Positions 59,876-64,000 of a stretch of DNA of 64,000 bases are shown piece by piece. Position 1 is the first letter of the stretch. Each line of letters starts with the position of its first letter. This DNA is from Chiloscyllium plagiosum (Eukaryota): NCBI RefSeq assembly GCF_004010195.1, contig NC_057749.1, positions 7,027,416 to 7,091,415 of the forward strand. Reading direction: 5' to 3'. The notes beneath the pieces are model-generated. The model did no database searches, was not told where the DNA came from, and saw only the letters and a program-made list of their open reading frames with translations. The position numbers were made by a program, and so were the translations under genes.

Positions 59876-60600
59876 CTACAGGGTACACATTGTTGCCAAC
59901 GTGAGAAAGATGGTGAAGGAAGTGGGTGTCATGCCAGTCAAGTGGGCTGCTTTGTCCTGGACAGTGTCAAGCTTCTTTAGTTTTGTTGGAGCCGAGCTCA
60001 TCCAGGTAATCAGGGAGTATTCCACCTGACTTATGCCTTGTAGAATCCCTCCAGTGAGGAAGCAGGCCATTTGGCCCATCAAAGTCCATACTGACCCTCC
60101 TCAGAGCATCCCATCCAGACTTACTCCATCTCTTAGCCCTACATTTCCCAGGGCCAATCCACCCAATCTGGGAACATCCCTGGGAACTATGTACAATTTA
60201 GCATGGCCAATCCACCTAACCTGCACACCATTGGAGTGTGGGATGAAACTGGAGCATCCAGAGACATGGGGAGAAGATGCAAACTCCATACAGAGAGTCG
60301 CTCAAGGCTTGAATTGAACCTGGATCGCAGATGCTGTGAGGCAGCAGTGTTAACCATTAAGCCACCATGCCAATGTAGATGGTAGTCAGACTTTGGGTGT
60401 CAGGAGGTGAGTTAATTACTAACTTCTGAGCTGTTGTTCCAGCCACTGTATCTTTATGGATGATCAGGTTCAATTTCTGGTCAATGGTAACCCTGAATGC
60501 TGATCATGTGAGGAATTCAGTGATGGTAATGCCATCATGTGGTAATTGCTTGATGCTCACTTGTTGGAGATGGTCATTGCCTAGCACTTGTGTACCATGG
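59876..60600 (-). mobile_element. CR1-clade LINE fragment (second family) with a nested HE1 (60045-60373, -)
   Basis: EYSLITWMSSAPTKLKKLDTVQDKAAHLTG; the SINE is flanked by tgtaga at 60039-60044 and 60374-60379. Confidence 0.8.
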
Positions 60601-62299
60601 ATATGGGGCAGAGGCAGGTTGCTGTGATTAGATGATCAAGTCAGCAATTCAAATATTTCGTCGAGGAATGTTGCCAGGTCCCCTGTGACTTTTGAGAAGG
60701 GCAAGAGGAGCAAAGTATGGGGCAATCTGTCACTTCCACCTCTCTCCCACCTTGTTATCTTGGAGGGGAAAAGAATCGTACTTCATTCATTGCAGCTCAG
60801 ACAAGCTTTGCAATCCCCATGATGGAGAAGCGCGTGCTACAAGGGCTCCACTGGATTAAAGAGAAAGCCGTCAAGTGAGCTTGGAAATTGCTGTAACACC
60901 TATATCCCAATACAAACATAGAAAGAGCATTGTGTCAGGGGTCTCTATCTCTCTGTCTCTCAGACGATACATGCAGCAATAAAATGTACTGGATGGAATA
61001 ACTAACCCTATCATTCCCCATAATTCTGGTGTGTAAAATGGAACATATAGGTTATTTTATATCAAAGTGATATACCTCATTGATTGAAGCAAAGGCAGTT
61101 GGCTTTGTCCTGAGTGTTGCTGGTCCCACTTGCTGTATAAATACATCAGGTTCTAGTTGGTTGCTATCTGGGCCTCCTTCGAGAGAAGGTCATGACGTTT
61201 GATTAATCACTCACGGAACAAGTAAAAGAAGTAATTATGTTTACTCCAGCTGCCTGCGTATCTCCTCACACCCAAGTGCAGCTTCGCGCCAATATAAAGG
61301 TTAATGAAGAAAAAAAATCAGAACCAGCAATGTCAGAGGAAATCGTCACTTGGAAATGGTCTATCTCATCGGGTTTCTCACCCGGGAGATCAGAGAGAAG
61401 GTTAAATGTACTGAGATGTCCGCCCATTCTTCACATTAAACAGCCACGTCTGCCAGCCCACACCTTCCACTGAAACAAATCTCCAGTCAGCATCAAATAA
61501 ATCACCAGTGCACAATGTATCACTGGAGCCAAGCATCAGTTTTTCAAATGACCCCTCTCTTATCACACTGACTGCTGTACGTGAAAGTGGTTCAGGCTTT
61601 CCATTTCTTTCCGTTAGGAAAAGCCTGATAATGTCACCAGAGATAGATACTGATCCACACAGTGAACATCAAAAAGTTAGCTTATCCACAAAGCAGGAAT
61701 TAAATCTCCTCCCTCTAACTGCAGGTGCACACTCATTCAAATTGTCCATTTGAATCTAGGCACTTGTCTTCCCGTTTGACCTCAAAGGTTTGACCCCATC
61801 ATTTTTTTCTTCTTCATCTAACAAGTCGACGTTTTACGACTCTTTTTTATTAAGGTTACAGTAATCTGAAGTAAAGGCTGCTATAAATTTTTCTCTCTAC
61901 TGGGTTAAGGGCTTAGTGACATCTGTGATGTGCAACTTGATGCTTTTTTTCAGGCAGAGAGAACGAGAGAGAGAGAGAGAGAGGGAAAGATGAAGCCCAA
62001 GAGCTCAGAAAGCTCACTGACATCTAAACATTTTGTCTGTCTCCCTGTTTGTTACGCATTTCAGGTTTTTCTTTGGTTGCTTTTCACAATAGGGTGGTCA
62101 GAAGTCTTTCATCGCAACTCACAAACGTTTCAGAAAGTAGATTCCTGTTGCTGAATCTGTTTGTAGTCAATGTACACGCAATGACTGCCTTCGGTGTTTG
62201 AAGTAGATTTCAAAGGGGTCATTTTGTTGTGAGAATACAAGACAGAAATTAAGTGCCATGGTAAAGCAGAGGAATCGTACATCTGCCTTCATCTGATCA

Positions 62300-62860
62300 C
62301 ATTTTATTTGCTCAAGGAGTATTGGCAGCTTTGGCTGGGCCTGCATTTATTGCCCATCTCTAATTATTGAAACGGCAGTTAAGATTCAGCCACATTTTGC
62401 TGTGGGTCTGGAATCACACAAAGACCAGACTTCCTTCCTTGAAGGATATTAATGAATCAGAGGGGCTTGTAATGACAATCAGCAGGGTGTCCATGGTCAT
62501 CATTAAGCTCGCCTCTAACTCCAGATTTATATTGAATTCCAATTTCACTCTCTGTCTTGTTGGGTTCCGAATGCATGTACCCAGGAGGTTAGCCTTTAAT
62601 CCAGGTACATGACCACTCCACCTCACACAATCGATAGCTGCTTCCTTCTCCACACACAATTCCCAATGTAAAACCCATCTTGCTCTCTGAAAAGGGACGA
62701 CTGATACACCGCCCTTTACCTGGTCTGGTGATCATGTGACACCAGACCCACAGCAATTTGGTTAACTCTTCACTGCAGTTAGCACGCCACTCAGTTCAGG
62801 GGCAATTGGAAATAAGCAACAGATTCTGGCCTCACCAGTAATGCCTGTGTCAAACAGAAT
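62300..62860. mobile_element. Two SINE-C remnants (62300-62620 -, 62670-62860 +)
   Basis: gcatttattgcccatc...tgtgggtctggaatcaca, then cctggtctgg...atgtgacaccagacccacagcaat. Confidence 0.7.
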
Positions 62861-63302
62861 TAAGAATGTGGATGCAGAAGGTCTTATCCTGAACTAATCA
62901 GGAGGGCTCTCCCTAGTATTCAGACCAACAATTCCCACTCCAATGCCACCAGCTAAAGTACCTTTAACTAAGATTTCATCTGCAGTGTCATTTGTGGGAC
63001 CCACAGCTTATAAGTTGCCAAATTGTTTGCAAGTTACACCAAGTTCACTTCATTTCAAACAGTGGTCAAGGAGCACTTTTAAGATGCCGAGAGGAAGCAA
63101 TCACATGAAACTTGAGTTATTTCTTTCTAATGAGAAGCAGGAAAGAAGATGAGGAACTGTGCTGTGCAATAAAAAGGAGACAAGCGATGCTGCACAAGAC
63201 AGAGGGAGTTTTGAAGCCAGAGAGCATCATGAGTGAATGTCAAAAGAAAAAAAGCATCATTGTGTGCCAAAGATTTTGTTCCTCCCTTTTTCCCCCCAGA
63301 AT

Positions 63303-63618
63303 CACGGTGGCTCAATGGTTAGCACTGCTGCCCTACAGCACCAGGGTTCGATTCCCGCCTCAGGTGACTGTGTGGAGTTTGCACATTCTCCCCGTGTCTG
63401 CGTGGGTTTCCTCCGGGTGCTCCAGTTTCCTCCCACAATCCAAAAGATGTGCAGGTTAGGTGAATTAGCCATGCTAAATTGCCCATAGTGTTAGGTGCAT
63501 TAGTCAGGGGTAAATATAGGGTGGGGGAATGGGTCTGAGTGGGTTGCTCTTCATAGGGTCGATATGGACTTGTTGGGCCAAATGGCCTGTTTCCATACTG
63601 TAAGGAATCTAATCTAAT
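63303..63618 (+). mobile_element. HE1-type V-SINE
   Basis: cacggtggctcaatggttagcactgctgcc...gaatctaatctaatc. Confidence 0.93.
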
Positions 63619-64000
63619 CAACCTGTTCAGAGATGTCATTACATATGCCTGAAGCAAGACTTGAACCCAGACCTCAAAGATATGGGCATGATCACTGCAG
63701 CACAACAGCCCTTCCAACTCCCTACATTCGCAATCAGTTAAGTTATTTTTGCAAATTGCCATCACTTTGGTTTTCAATGCATGACTTACAGAAGCGCAAC
63801 TTGCTTTCAAGATGCCCCTTAAAACCTCTCTCTTCAATCAAGCTTTTGGCCAAGCCTTTGCCTTAATACTTTCTTGTCTGGCTTGTCATCTAGTGGGATT
63901 AAGCTTGTTAACAATTCTCCAGTGAGCTGACTATGAGGTGAGTGCACAAAAGCGACAGATCCATTAAAAAATAGAAATATTTTCTCCGGATTGTTTCGAT

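Overview
Eukaryotic, non-coding, repeat-dominated DNA from a cartilaginous fish. The shark assignment is inferred from about 23 HE1-type V-SINE copies, HER1/CR1 LINE pieces and SacSINE1-like DeuSINEs. I found no credible protein-coding exon; the window reads as a large intron or gene desert with three assembly gaps (9257-9266, 41270-42264, 55304-56168). It holds CR1 and L2 remnants, a 5'-truncated Tx1-clade LINE with a 22-bp TSD, a solo LTR, three further tRNA-headed SINE families (working labels B, C, D), two minisatellites and several repeat-free, motif-dense blocks that may be enhancers. The most striking signal is a set of at least 15 short Penelope-like element (PLE) ends from three sequence families (working labels A, B, C). 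All three carry a minimal hammerhead ribozyme core, CUGANGA-A-stemII-GAAA-palindrome-UH, with family-specific compensatory changes. Many form fold-back insertions with a 35-40 nt tail and 13-15 bp TSDs. One copy carries an open GIY-YIG endonuclease fragment that the ORF track misses. Repeat boundaries are approximate unless a TSD is given.
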